Of a stretch of 64,000 nt of DNA, positions 28,193 through 38,725 are shown one piece after another (position 1 is the first letter of the stretch; every line of letters begins with the position of its first letter). The notes below the pieces were generated by a model. It saw nothing but the letters and a program-made list of their open reading frames with translations, ran no database searches and had not been told where the DNA came from. The DNA is from a virus. Its lineage: Duplodnaviria; Caudoviricetes. Position numbers and translations under genes: made by a program. The stretch spans positions 1 to 64,000 of IMG/VR virus record IMGVR_UViG_2751185671_000004. One strand, given 5' to 3'.

Positions 28193-31100
28193 ATGAGCGA
28201 GGCAGGAATACGCTCCAACCGCGGTGATAGTTATCAAACCCTGGTTGCTTTTGATTGGGCATTGACTATTTTGTCTGACTCAGAGTATCAGTGGCTGGAA
28301 GTGGATTCGACCACCTATAAGGTGGATGATGTTGTAATTGGCAAGTCTGATGGTTCCTTGGTCTGCTGCCAGTGTAAAAAGAATCAGGCTAATTTCAGGG
28401 CTTGGTCCATAGCTGACCTCGGAGATGAGCTGGTCAAGGCCTTTGAGATGCTTGTTGAGACTTCAGATGCCAAAGTCCGTTTCTATTCGCGCAGTGATTT
28501 TGGCTCCATCGCCAAATTGCGTGAGTTCAGTACTCTCTATAGTAACGAGGCTGAATATCTTACAAATCTTACCAAAGAGCACGCAAAGACAGATAGTGAA
28601 TTAGCCACTCGCATTGCAGACCATACTCCGGGTCTCACCACCTATGAATTTCTCAGTCGAACTTCCTTTGAAGTCAGTCAGGACTTTGATCGCATGGAGA
28701 TGTTGTTGCATGAGCGCTTGCGCCAAATGGCAAGTAACTCAGATGCCGTATACAACGCTCTTTGGGTAAGGCTGGATAAAATTGGAGGGCGTATGGAAGT
28801 TAGCGACCTGACGATCTCCAGCCAGCACCGTCTAACCAAAGACGATCTTAAAGAGATTTTCCAAAGAGCGGGAGCAATGCTGGTTCCTATGATATCCGCG
28901 GCACATGTGCGCGCATCATTTGCCAGTACTTCGGCTATAGGTAGGGCTTGGCATCGAGATATTTCTGGTCAACGTATTGAGAGCGAGGTTGTAAATGAGC
29001 TGCTGTCTGCTATCGATGCCGGGGAACGAGCCATCTTACTGACGGGGCTTCCGGGGTCAGGAAAAACCTGTGTAATGCTTAGCATGCAAGAGATGCTTGA
29101 GCGGCGTATGCAAGCCCGAGGGGACTTGATTCCACTTTTCATTCAGTCAAGTGAATTCGCTGATATGGAAACGGCGAAGGAGCGTCAGGCACAAGGGTTG
29201 TCAGAGCAATGGGTAGAGCAGGCTGCTCGCCTGGCGGAAGAGACGCATGTGGTCACAGTCATTGATTCCCTGGATGTCCTGTCCATTGCTCGTGAGCACA
29301 ACGTCTTGACGTACTTCCTGGCGCAAATAGATAAATTACTGCTGATCCCCAACGTTACTGTTGTCACAGCTTGCCGCGACTTTGACCGCAAGTATGATCG
29401 ACGGATTGCCTCCCGGCAGTGGGACTGCGAATTGCAGTGTTTGCCATTGGATTGGGATACCAAAATTGTACCGTTGCTCGACACACTCGGAATTGATTCG
29501 ACGACTATCGATCAAGTTACGCACGAATTGATCCGTACCCCCCGCGAACTTGCCTTGTTTGTTGAACTCGCCCAGCGCGAAGGCAGCTTCAAAGTGGTAG
29601 CCAGCCAAGCGCTGGCACAGCGCTACCTCAAGACCATAGTGCAAGATGAACCTACATTGGGTGATGCTGCGATGCAGGCAATCGAAACTGTCGCGGATGA
29701 CATGTTGAAGTCTCGCAGCCTGTCAATTCCGCATCAGCGTTTCAATGCTTCACCGGACATCCAACGGCGACTGAATAGTCTCAATGTGCTGCAAGATACC
29801 CATGATGGGAGATTGACGTTTGGTCATCAGACTTTACTGGACGTATTGGTAATAAGTAGCGCCATACGTCAAGGGATCTCTCTCAATAATTTTATTCAAG
29901 GTCTGTCGCCCGTACCCTTTGTAAGGCCCAGCATACGCAGCTTCGTCGCCCAGTTGGCAGCAGGAGATCGGCGAGATTTCCGAAAGCAACTGAGAACAGT
30001 ATTGACAGGCAATGCTGCTTTTCATATCCGCCGCCTGGTTGCCGAATCGTTTGCACAGCAGGTACCTCAGGATGACGACTGGCCGCTGATACGGGATTTG
30101 AGAAACCAGCATCGTGAAGTATTTCAGGTAATCTACACCCAAGCTTCATTTGTAGAGTGGCACCACTTTTGGTTCTCTCATTTAGTTCCAGAGTTGAGGA
30201 ACTTGTATGATTCTGAGGGACTAACGATTCATGCGCATAGAGTTGCACGGTGGTGTAAAGAAGACACTGCGGGAGTGTTGGAGTTTTGGATAGATTTGTT
30301 GGCAATTGATTGGCTGGATAGCACAAGAGTTGCGGAGCAACTGATCTTTTCATTATCCGAATTTGAAACAGAAAATTTATCGCTGGCTGTGCCCTTGCTA
30401 GAGCGATTGCTCTGCATGCCTACGCTAAAACACCGGCATAGTTTTCTTGGGCGCACCGTTGCAAACTGCATAAAAGCTGGAATAGTCGATGACAAGCTCT
30501 TATGGCAGTACATTACTAGTGAAATAGGTGAAGAAGACGTAACAAAATTTCATTTCGATCATAAGTTGCATTGTAAGCCTCATAACTTTGGGGAAAAAAA
30601 CGATGATTTCTTGACACAAAGAATGGTCGAATCTACTGCCTTACTTGACTTGGCGCTGGAAGAAGTTGAGAGGTGGAGTCAAATCAAGTCCGCTCAATAT
30701 GGAGAAATTAGAGTAGGTTATCGATCTGGATTTCTTAATGAAACGTCATACCATGACGTTCACTCTAAGGATGATATTCATCATGTAGATAGTGAGCGGG
30801 TCCTGATGGGTGCAATCGAGGCCGCGATCCTTAATCATGCGCAAGAAAATTCTGATTGGTGGCAAAACAACAGAGAGCGTCTTTGCTTTAACCACGAAGG
30901 CGCGCTGTGTTACTTCGCAGTCCTCGCCCTTACAAATTCACCTATTCCGAACCTTGATGTGATCGAGCGTCTGTTGTGTGACAGAAACTTGCTGGAATTC
31001 GAGCTTTCTTTTGAGTTGGGTGAATTGATTCAGGTGGCATTTATATATCTTGATAAAGCCGCGCAAGATGCGATTATGGAGATGCTACAAACCATATGGG

Positions 31101-32767
31101 AAGAGCATGCAGAGGATAAAGATTCTCGACTCTGGGTATTGAAAAAAAGATCTGAGTATATATCTGCCATTCCTTGTTATCTGCGTTCAGAAAATATACA
31201 GGCGATTTTAGATGACTGCGGAAAAGTAGATGGCACATTTATTCGTCAGCCATACATTGGTATACGCGGTGGCATAGTGGCACCTCCATTTTCATATGAG
31301 GTATTTCTCGAAGCTAGTAATGATGGCGTGATTGACTTGTTAGCACATTATGCAGGGTATATTCGTGATTTCGATGAGTTTGTGGTCGGCGGGCAGAGGG
31401 AAGTCGGTCGGCAGCTGCGCGAAGCCTCTTCTCGAAATCCATCGCGCTTCCTAAATATACTGTCATCACGATGGAAAGATATATCGGGAGACTTTAGTGA
31501 TGAGATAATGGATGGAGTTGCCAGCTATCTCGCATATCGCCATGGCAACCTGCAAACAAATAGTTCTTGGAAGCCAATTGCGGAGCACGATGCTCCTCAA
31601 TTGGCTAATCAGATCCTTGATGAGCTTGATAGACACTCTTCCCATTGGCGACTAAGTCATTCCGCTGCAAATGCTTTGGAGTCATGCGCACATGTTATTC
31701 AGAGTGCCCAGGCTGCAGATCGGTTGGTATTTTTGGCATTAGGCTATTCCAGTTATAGAGAGGAGGCCAGCTATAAGGAAGAGTCGGGCGATTGGATTAA
31801 TAGGGGTATCAACATGACGAGCGGAAAAGTTACTGAAGCTCTGATGATATTAGCCTGCAACTTTTATAAGCGCAATATTGCACTGCCCGAATTACTGCCG
31901 AAAGCACTATATCTGTTTTCCGGCAACGAACATCCTGCAATTCGCGCACTGATTATGCGACGCTTGCCTTTTCTCCAAAGTAAAGATCCAGGATTGGGGT
32001 GGGCGTTGTTTTATCGTGCAACAGAGGACGCAAGAGGGCTTTGGAAGGAGGCAGAACGCTGTCTTTATTATGGCTATCGCGGCAATTTCGATAAGGTTAA
32101 GTCTGCTCTAGATTGTATCTATAGAAGTGGCAATGAGAGAGATTCAGAAACCTGGGGGCGGATTTCAGCTTTAGCTGCCCTAAGTGGGCATATTGATTTT
32201 GTCAGCCTACTTGGCGATTTGAATTCACTTAATGTCGCTGGAGCCTGGAGAGGGTCCGCAAGCGTTTGGACTCACACTGAGAATATCAAGCAGCATCGTT
32301 CACAGTGCTTGTCAGGCATCGAGGCAGGACTGAATTCAGGCAATTCTCTTGCAATAGAAGTCGCTAACAAAATGAGTGCGTTATTTAGTAATGACACGTC
32401 AACGATTATCATACCAATACACTTGATCAAACTTTACCTCAGCGTACTTGAAAGTGACCCGAAAGACAAAAGCCATCGCATACCTAGGTTTAATGAATGG
32501 CTCAACGCTACTGCGCAGCAAGATCCCGAAACAGCACTTGCCGCGCTGGAGATGTATTTGTCCTATATTAGTCGTGATCAATCCTATTTTTACGATCATG
32601 GTGATCATCTTGTTCAGCTGGTGACTCGCCTGTTTGCAGAAGCGGAAGAGAGAGAAGAGTCGGACAACGGTGAAATGCTATGTCGTGTGGTGTCAGTGCA
32701 GGATTTATTATTGTCATTGGGGGGAAGCTCTATCCTGGATTGGCTGAAAGCTGCAGAGAGACAATAG
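28193..32767 (+). CDS. Avs/AVAST-like anti-phage STAND NTPase with N-terminal PD-(D/E)xK nuclease
   Basis: RGDSYQ..VDDV..QCK nuclease; GLPGSGKT, VIDSLD, TACR, P..L, FGHQTLLD; long helical C-terminus; visibly higher GC than its flanks. Confidence 0.75.
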   Translation: MSEAGIRSNRGDSYQTLVAFDWALTILSDSEYQWLEVDSTTYKVDDVVIGKSDGSLVCCQCKKNQANFRAWSIADLGDELVKAFEMLVETSDAKVRFYSRSDFGSIAKLREFSTLYSNEAEYLTNLTKEHAKTDSELATRIADHTPGLTTYEFLSRTSFEVSQDFDRMEMLLHERLRQMASNSDAVYNALWVRLDKIGGRMEVSDLTISSQHRLTKDDLKEIFQRAGAMLVPMISAAHVRASFASTSAIGRAWHRDISGQRIESEVVNELLSAIDAGERAILLTGLPGSGKTCVMLSMQEMLERRMQARGDLIPLFIQSSEFADMETAKERQAQGLSEQWVEQAARLAEETHVVTVIDSLDVLSIAREHNVLTYFLAQIDKLLLIPNVTVVTACRDFDRKYDRRIASRQWDCELQCLPLDWDTKIVPLLDTLGIDSTTIDQVTHELIRTPRELALFVELAQREGSFKVVASQALAQRYLKTIVQDEPTLGDAAMQAIETVADDMLKSRSLSIPHQRFNASPDIQRRLNSLNVLQDTHDGRLTFGHQTLLDVLVISSAIRQGISLNNFIQGLSPVPFVRPSIRSFVAQLAAGDRRDFRKQLRTVLTGNAAFHIRRLVAESFAQQVPQDDDWPLIRDLRNQHREVFQVIYTQASFVEWHHFWFSHLVPELRNLYDSEGLTIHAHRVARWCKEDTAGVLEFWIDLLAIDWLDSTRVAEQLIFSLSEFETENLSLAVPLLERLLCMPTLKHRHSFLGRTVANCIKAGIVDDKLLWQYITSEIGEEDVTKFHFDHKLHCKPHNFGEKNDDFLTQRMVESTALLDLALEEVERWSQIKSAQYGEIRVGYRSGFLNETSYHDVHSKDDIHHVDSERVLMGAIEAAILNHAQENSDWWQNNRERLCFNHEGALCYFAVLALTNSPIPNLDVIERLLCDRNLLEFELSFELGELIQVAFIYLDKAAQDAIMEMLQTIWEEHAEDKDSRLWVLKKRSEYISAIPCYLRSENIQAILDDCGKVDGTFIRQPYIGIRGGIVAPPFSYEVFLEASNDGVIDLLAHYAGYIRDFDEFVVGGQREVGRQLREASSRNPSRFLNILSSRWKDISGDFSDEIMDGVASYLAYRHGNLQTNSSWKPIAEHDAPQLANQILDELDRHSSHWRLSHSAANALESCAHVIQSAQAADRLVFLALGYSSYREEASYKEESGDWINRGINMTSGKVTEALMILACNFYKRNIALPELLPKALYLFSGNEHPAIRALIMRRLPFLQSKDPGLGWALFYRATEDARGLWKEAERCLYYGYRGNFDKVKSALDCIYRSGNERDSETWGRISALAALSGHIDFVSLLGDLNSLNVAGAWRGSASVWTHTENIKQHRSQCLSGIEAGLNSGNSLAIEVANKMSALFSNDTSTIIIPIHLIKLYLSVLESDPKDKSHRIPRFNEWLNATAQQDPETALAALEMYLSYISRDQSYFYDHGDHLVQLVTRLFAEAEEREESDNGEMLCRVVSVQDLLLSLGGSSILDWLKAAERQ

Positions 32768-33446
32768 CTTGGTCTTTATAGAACGCATTCTTAATAGTCT
32801 CAAATAAAAATTCAATATCTTTAGTCAGAGTAAGGAATTAAATGCAGGAATTCAGAGGAAAATTTAATTAATGCAGCGTCCGTCATTGGCTATAAATGGG
32901 ATGGCTTTCAGCTATGGGTGACCGAGGTCACCCCGCCAAAGATTACTATAAAAGTAGAATTAAAAATGCTAATGCTTTAATAATTTTTGCCACATCAATG
33001 GTAACCTCATATTTAGAGTTTTTAAATGTGAACATATTGCTCTCCATAAAAACCCTAAGCCGGCTCAGGATGTTAGTAACATTTGAGCTTTACGTCGCAG
33101 GCCAGCGACGCCACTAAAAGTGATAGCTAATCAGTTTATAGTGGGTTTACTACTGGAGTATCATTCCAGCTAACAGAGCGTGATACCATATATAGGCTAG
33201 GACAGTTCAGAGTCTGCCTCGCAGTAGTTCTGAGTTCTTCCTATAAATGCACTCCTAGCGACCAGACCAACATTGGAACCTTTAGCTCCAAATATGGCTC
33301 AACCACATTATCCTGAATGTAGCATTTTATTTGCAAATAAGTCAATCTATATCATTAGATTACTGTTTTTTAATACACTTATTGATAACAACCTCAATAG
33401 TTCTAGATGAAATATAAGTACATATATTAAATCTGCATTCTTTAAC

Positions 33447-34337
33447 CTAATACTCAGTACCAATAGAAAACTCTGCTTCAGGCTTATAACTTTTTCTAGA
33501 TTTAACGGTTTCTTCATACCAGAGGCTAAATATATCCATACATGCTCTATCAGCGGCTCCAACTCGATGACACAAATTTACATCATAATAACATTTTTGC
33601 TCTAATTTCTCCCAGTCATCTTCAGTCGCGGTGAGAATAGGCACATGGTAATTAGAGATCCCTCTATCCAAAATTTCATTTATTAAATACTGAATATTCA
33701 TTCTACCTCCACCTGAAGACATAAATGAACCAATTAAGTCAGAAGAAATAATTCTTGTAAATTTATTTTCCACTTTATGCATAACTATATAACAAAGCAG
33801 ATCATCTCTATTATAAGGGCAACAAGCTATGGTAGCTGAAAAGCCTTTATCGAATAGTTTTGCGAGTTCTCGTTCACACAAATGAAACGAGCGAAATATA
33901 GATGATATATCCGAATCGATAAAGTCTGGTTTTAAAAAAAAGAAATCTTCTACTTTTTCAATTAAACTCATTGGCAGCTCAATATTTCCTAGCTCGTAAC
34001 TCTCTAACTGTGTTACTTCATCTAATCCATAAAAAATTGCCATATCTCTTAACTTAATATCAAGAATTTCCTCTCTAAGCCATCTATGTTTTTGACCAAC
34101 TGCCGTTCGATACGAACCTGACAATGCCCCCCCTTGTTCTGACTCATTATTGTTACTATCACTATCGTTTTTTTGGGGAACTAAAACTCTATTCCTGTTT
34201 TCATCGGTCTGTTTTTTCGATAAACGTCTGAGAAATAAGTAACTACATATCGGAACACCAATCCCGGAAAAAAACCACTGATAATGATTAAGCAATACAC
34301 CTAGTAGCGAACTCATACTTTCTAATAATACATGCAT
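33447..34337 (-). CDS. Membrane-anchored protein with XRE-like HTH
   Basis: N-terminal WFFSGIG TM; RWLREE..KLRDMAIFYG..QLESYELG. Confidence 0.5.
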   Translation of the reverse strand: MHVLLESMSSLLGVLLNHYQWFFSGIGVPICSYLFLRRLSKKQTDENRNRVLVPQKNDSDSNNNESEQGGALSGSYRTAVGQKHRWLREEILDIKLRDMAIFYGLDEVTQLESYELGNIELPMSLIEKVEDFFFLKPDFIDSDISSIFRSFHLCERELAKLFDKGFSATIACCPYNRDDLLCYIVMHKVENKFTRIISSDLIGSFMSSGGGRMNIQYLINEILDRGISNYHVPILTATEDDWEKLEQKCYYDVNLCHRVGAADRACMDIFSLWYEETVKSRKSYKPEAEFSIGTEY

Positions 34338-34930
34338 AACTACTATTAACCTCTGAACCTTATTTGATACATTAACTGCTGAAGATTTAGTGCTTTGATA
34401 TGTTTGTTAAACATTACTTCTTTAATATACTTTTTAAAAGGCCAACTACATCCGAAGGGCTTACTGTGTCTGGGCTTCCAACTGCAGTAGCCCAACAGCA
34501 CAAGATAATACACGTCAGCAGATACATTAGCCCTCCTCCTCGCTGTGCCCACTGAAGACAAAAACTGAAAATAAGGCTAAGAAAGGAGAAAAGAAAAAGT
34601 AATATCACCATTACAGATGACATTTGGGATAGGAATAATTGTGAATACAATATGAGCACGGCTGCCTCTCTATGACAGTTTTAAGCATCCATGCAAACCC
34701 GAAATGTTAGCTTTAAAGCATATTATCTCAAAGCTTGTCTCTCCAAGAGACGAGTTAAGTGATTTAGTTAAAAACAAGATACCAACAATTTCGAAGACTA
34801 GCAATAAATATTTCCATATCGCGATGTTCATTTATTGGTCAACTTAATAGATAGTGTATTTACAATCTTCGTTTTGTGTATAATGGATTGACACAGCATA
34901 TAGTCCATTTAGTCAACTTCTACCTTCTGT

Positions 34931-35125
34931 CTACGAATTTTGCTCTTCAGCCTTCCCCTCTCGAATTAAATGCCCTAATAATATTTTTGCTAGGCTTTCT
35001 TCTCTTATCCCATTGAGCTGACTAGACTTTGAAGTATTTACTCCGTAGACGGTAAGCATATTGCCATCTACCGTATATTCCGCTTCGTATGTTATACCAT
35101 CAACTTCTTTAAATATTATTTCCAA
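34931..35125 (-). CDS. Small hypothetical protein
   Basis: GAGG RBS, TTG start, 64 aa. Confidence 0.5.
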   Translation of the reverse strand: MEIIFKEVDGITYEAEYTVDGNMLTVYGVNTSKSSQLNGIREESLAKILLGHLIREGKAEEQNS

Positions 35126-35452
35126 TTTACTTCCTCATTTTTACTTCCGCTTGCTTACAACATTATTTTAGTTAATAAAATTTAGGATAAATTTTTCCTA
35201 ATTTATTGAAAGTTAGATTAAATATTTAATGCGGAGAATTATGAATTAACCATGACGCTTAAATTTTCATGGATTTTAGACGCATCAACACAAACTAAAA
35301 TTATACTATCTAATTAATTTAATAAAAGCAGATAAAAAACAAAAATACTGAGCATCTTATATTAAACAGTAAAGCGTGCCAAAACTTTTCTGTAAAATGA
35401 AGGTTGGTTGGATAATTAGAAATTTATTTTATAGGAAATGATTCAGCTATTG

Positions 35453-35881
35453 TTACAAAACAAAATTTGGCGATGGACGCTCATAATCTGAGTTATGTCC
35501 ATAATGACGAGTCTGAAAATGAGAAAGGTGTTCAAAGTATGGAGTCACATCATGTTTCAGTCCCCAGTCTGTCGCTAATTCATCCCTATATCGGTCGGGA
35601 GTAACGTAAGGCACACTAGAGGGCTTTAGCTTTTCAGAAAAGGATAATAGGTTTTCCCTTTCTTCATGGCAAAGTACATTAAAGCCTGCTAAAAACTCTA
35701 TCATGTAGCCGACAACTCTTTGACTTTCAGGGTTTAAATTCTTAGCCCAAGAAACGTCTGGCACAAAGCCTTCATGCCATACAGCGAGAGCGACTGCTAC
35801 CATGTCTTCCACTGACGTATTACGTAGACGACTTTCGGCAACTCGATCAAGAGCATCATAAACATCTTTATCGTTTAACAT
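35453..35881 (-). CDS. Hypothetical protein coupled to the nucleotidyltransferase
   Basis: Start overlaps the NTase stop. Confidence 0.65.
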   Translation of the reverse strand: MLNDKDVYDALDRVAESRLRNTSVEDMVAVALAVWHEGFVPDVSWAKNLNPESQRVVGYMIEFLAGFNVLCHEERENLLSFSEKLKPSSVPYVTPDRYRDELATDWGLKHDVTPYFEHLSHFQTRHYGHNSDYERPSPNFVL

Positions 35882-36474
35882 AGTTTCAAGCTCTCTGCTC
35901 GGCGTTGGATATGGCTCACATTATTCTTTATAGCGACGACATTACCAACATAATACTCAGCCGCTTCATTAGCTCTGCTTACAAACTCATCAATAGACAA
36001 TCTTTTCACTTTTATCAAAGTTAAGATATCGTCGATATCTCTCTCGCCAAAGCGTCCCAGTTTTGAGACAGCCAAATCGGCAGGTGTCACCACATAAAGC
36101 CACAATGGAGAAGCCACCATCCTAGTCTCTATCTGTATAGCATCATCCTGATAGTCTTCGTGAAGAGGGCCTAGTGTCGGCGAAAAGGTTTTATCATAAA
36201 GTAAACGTAGTTTTGTACCCTGAGAAGTATAGGTAATGGGGGAAACATTAAAGGTTAACTCAGAGCTTTTCACATGCCGTGCTGCCGAAAACTCCACATC
36301 AATATCACCACTACCACGAGAATTTGTCAATATATGCATCGCGCAGCCTCCAAAGATGTATGCTTTGATACTACCAGGTTGCTTTTGCACCTTCGAGAAG
36401 TCCTGCTCCGCCCGATTAAAAAAACTTAGCACGGCTTTGGATAGGGGCGTATTTAGGTGTAAGTCATGATTCAT
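35875..36474 (-). CDS. DUF6036-like (AbiEii/Pol-beta superfamily) nucleotidyltransferase
   Basis: YIFGGCAM..RGSGDIDV, DLAVSKLGRF.ERD..DI. Confidence 0.8.
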   Translation of the reverse strand: MNHDLHLNTPLSKAVLSFFNRAEQDFSKVQKQPGSIKAYIFGGCAMHILTNSRGSGDIDVEFSAARHVKSSELTFNVSPITYTSQGTKLRLLYDKTFSPTLGPLHEDYQDDAIQIETRMVASPLWLYVVTPADLAVSKLGRFGERDIDDILTLIKVKRLSIDEFVSRANEAAEYYVGNVVAIKNNVSHIQRRAESLKLC

Positions 36475-36830
36475 TCTGCGAACTTTCCCAATGATTTATC
36501 GACAATCGCCGTTCTCTACTTTAAAGACACTATATTCTTTAAATCGTTGACGCTTTAAGCAACCCTCATATCGTATTTGCACTCATACTGAACCTAGATA
36601 TCTATTGCCTTTATTCAAAATACAATATATCCGATATTCAAGGAGAGGTGTGTAATCTATCTCACTCTAAGCCAAATACAATAATTTAATTCTATCACTT
36701 AGTAGATAACGCTGCGCCAAAAACCACTTAACGAGCATATATCAAAAAGACATATACGAAGGTAGGAAGATAGCGTTTAATGAGCTTACCAATACTTACT
36801 GCTAGTTACCGCTAAGCCCAAATACATCAT

Positions 36831-36866
36831 AGAAGGGGTTTGAACCGAGTTCCCTCCCCTCCACCA
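36831..36866. other. Symmetric att-like site ending in tRNA/tmRNA-like CCACCA
   Basis: AGAAGGGGTTTGAAC-CGA-GTTCCCTCCCCTCCA (10/15 inverted match); no full tRNA/tmRNA body upstream. Confidence 0.55.
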
Positions 36867-36872
36867 ATAGAT

Positions 36873-36904
36873 AAAAGCCAACCCCTATCAGGTTGGCTTT
36901 TTTT
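36873..36904 (+). terminator. Intrinsic terminator
   Basis: AAAAGCCAACC-cctatca-GGTTGGCTTTT followed by a T run. Confidence 0.8.
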
Positions 36905-37407
36905 ATGCGCGACCACCGCGCTACAGCCTAGTAATGGCGTGGCTTAGCGGACTTCGGCTATTTTTTGATCCCGGACTTCATAGCATCAAATTCTCTCTTC
37001 TCCCCTATATTCTCTCTCACTCTACTAGGCACCACTTTCGAAGTCCGTCGATGTCGAAAAATTATTTCCTTATAAATCAGTAACTTAGCGACGGACTTTT
37101 ATAATGGTTTTTTGAGGGCAATGGCTACCCAGAAAGAAATACGCAAACCTTACTCAGAACGGAGAAAATTAGGGCTTTTTGGGATTAATTAAAATACAAA
37201 TAGAATACTAATCACACTAACTCGAAATTCACATAACTGAAAAAATATATACAATAAAATCAATATACTAGGAATATTTATCAGCTTTATTTTGCGTTTA
37301 AAAACTAAATATTGCATGAGTTTGTGATTAAAAAAGCGATAGGGGAAATATTAGCAGTAGACACCAGTTAGCAAGCAGCGATACGAATGCCACTCAACTA
37401 ACCTGCT

Positions 37408-37915
37408 ACTTTAAGCTGCCTATTCGGCAGTGAACAAAAAATTAAAACATGTAGGAGTTTTAATTATTTTCTAAGCTGCCTATACGGCGGTGAACTGCAG
37501 GTTGTTACTGTTTTAACTCTTTTCACTTTTCTAAGCTGCCTATTCGGCAGTGAACCATTTGGTGATCTTATTCGTGTTTTTGTGAATTTTCTAAGCTGCC
37601 TACACGGCAGTGAATATTACATGTGAATAACCGAGAAAACTCACAGCTCTCTAAGCTGCCTACACGACAGTGAATTGTCAAATTGTTGATTTTAAAGCCT
37701 TTAATTATTTCTAAGCTGCCTACACGACAGTGAATTTAAAATGTTTTCCTCAACACTTTTTGTTGATTTTCTAAGCTGCCTACACGACAGTGAACAACCT
37801 GTTTCTTCTACTACAACGACCACTAATTTTCTAAGCTGCCTACACGGCAGTGAACGCGGCGTACCTGTCAAGCTTACACTTGCAATATTTCTAAGCTGCC
37901 TACACGGCAGTGAAC
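37408..37915 (-). CRISPR. Type I-F CRISPR array, 9 repeats and 8 spacers, no cas genes in the window
   Basis: 28-nt repeat GTTCACTGCCGTGTAGGCAGCTTAGAAA on the minus strand, 32-nt spacers, 60-nt period, degenerate trailer repeat at 37408. Confidence 0.98.
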
Positions 37916-38050
37916 AATACAAAAACTATAATAAACATCTGATTATTAAAGAACTTTTATGCTTTTTAGCATAAATACGCTTTTTTATTTTCTTATATCA
38001 AACCCACGTAAAATGCGGGCTGTAGTGATACTCGAAAAAAAAGGGTAAAA
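37916..38050 (-). promoter_or_regulatory. Type I-F CRISPR leader
   Basis: Minus strand CCCTTTTTTT..AAAAAAAGCG..TTCTTTAA; IHF consensus AATCAGATGTTTA at 37932-37944. Confidence 0.8.
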
Positions 38051-38725
38051 CCGAATAATAATAGTGTAAATGAACATGTGCTCATCTCACGAAGACTAGG
38101 GTGACAATATTTGCACTACCAGCTTGGCACTTATGTTTTCATTTTAGGCACAACAAATCTTCATTGACACCAAAGGCTTTTTAAAAAAGTATCTTCTAGT
38201 TTCACTCAAGAACCAATATGAATGCGGGATAACAATAAATTAAGTTTTTCACAAAACATGTCATATGATTGACGCATACTCAAATATCTATGATAAAGGC
38301 GATAGCAATTTGCTGGTTTGGTATAAGACTCACTCTCTATATCAATTCAATTTAGTTGAAGCATTTTCAATCTATTGTGACTTACATAAAAACTTGATCA
38401 ACTTCACAGTCCAACATAAAAAACTTAACCTTAAGTCAAAAAAAGATCCTAAACACTAAAAATCATAACCTCAATTTTTAAACCTAAGCTTTAAGATATA
38501 TATAATATAGCTTTATGAAGCTTCGCCTAAATTAATTTTTTGTCGCATTTATTTTATTTTGAATAAATTAAGCTCTGTTTTAGCAACGATTTAAAGTTTT
38601 TTAGAGCAAAAAACAAGCTAAACATTTGGCATAACAAGTACTAGACTTCACCTTAAAATACAATAACAATGCTCGCCTCTAATTGATGAGAGAAGTGAAG
38701 TTATAAAGCATGAAGCTAAGGTTTT

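Noticed and set aside
29185-30513. Antisense ORFs inside the Avs-like gene (likewise inside the RHS, tape measure and sheath genes)
   Set aside because: Shadow frames of long coding genes with no recognisable motifs
36780-36866. Complete tRNA or tmRNA gene
   Set aside because: Only a 3'-like end is present; no cloverleaf or 5' acceptor strand found upstream
37676-37707. Spacer resembling 40549-40575 (TTGATTTT..AAAG)
   Set aside because: Short, gapped, AT-rich IHF-like similarity, not a credible protospacer
37701-37974. ORFs on both strands over the CRISPR array
   Set aside because: Translations of the repeats (SLPCRQLR / FLSCLHGSE); not genes
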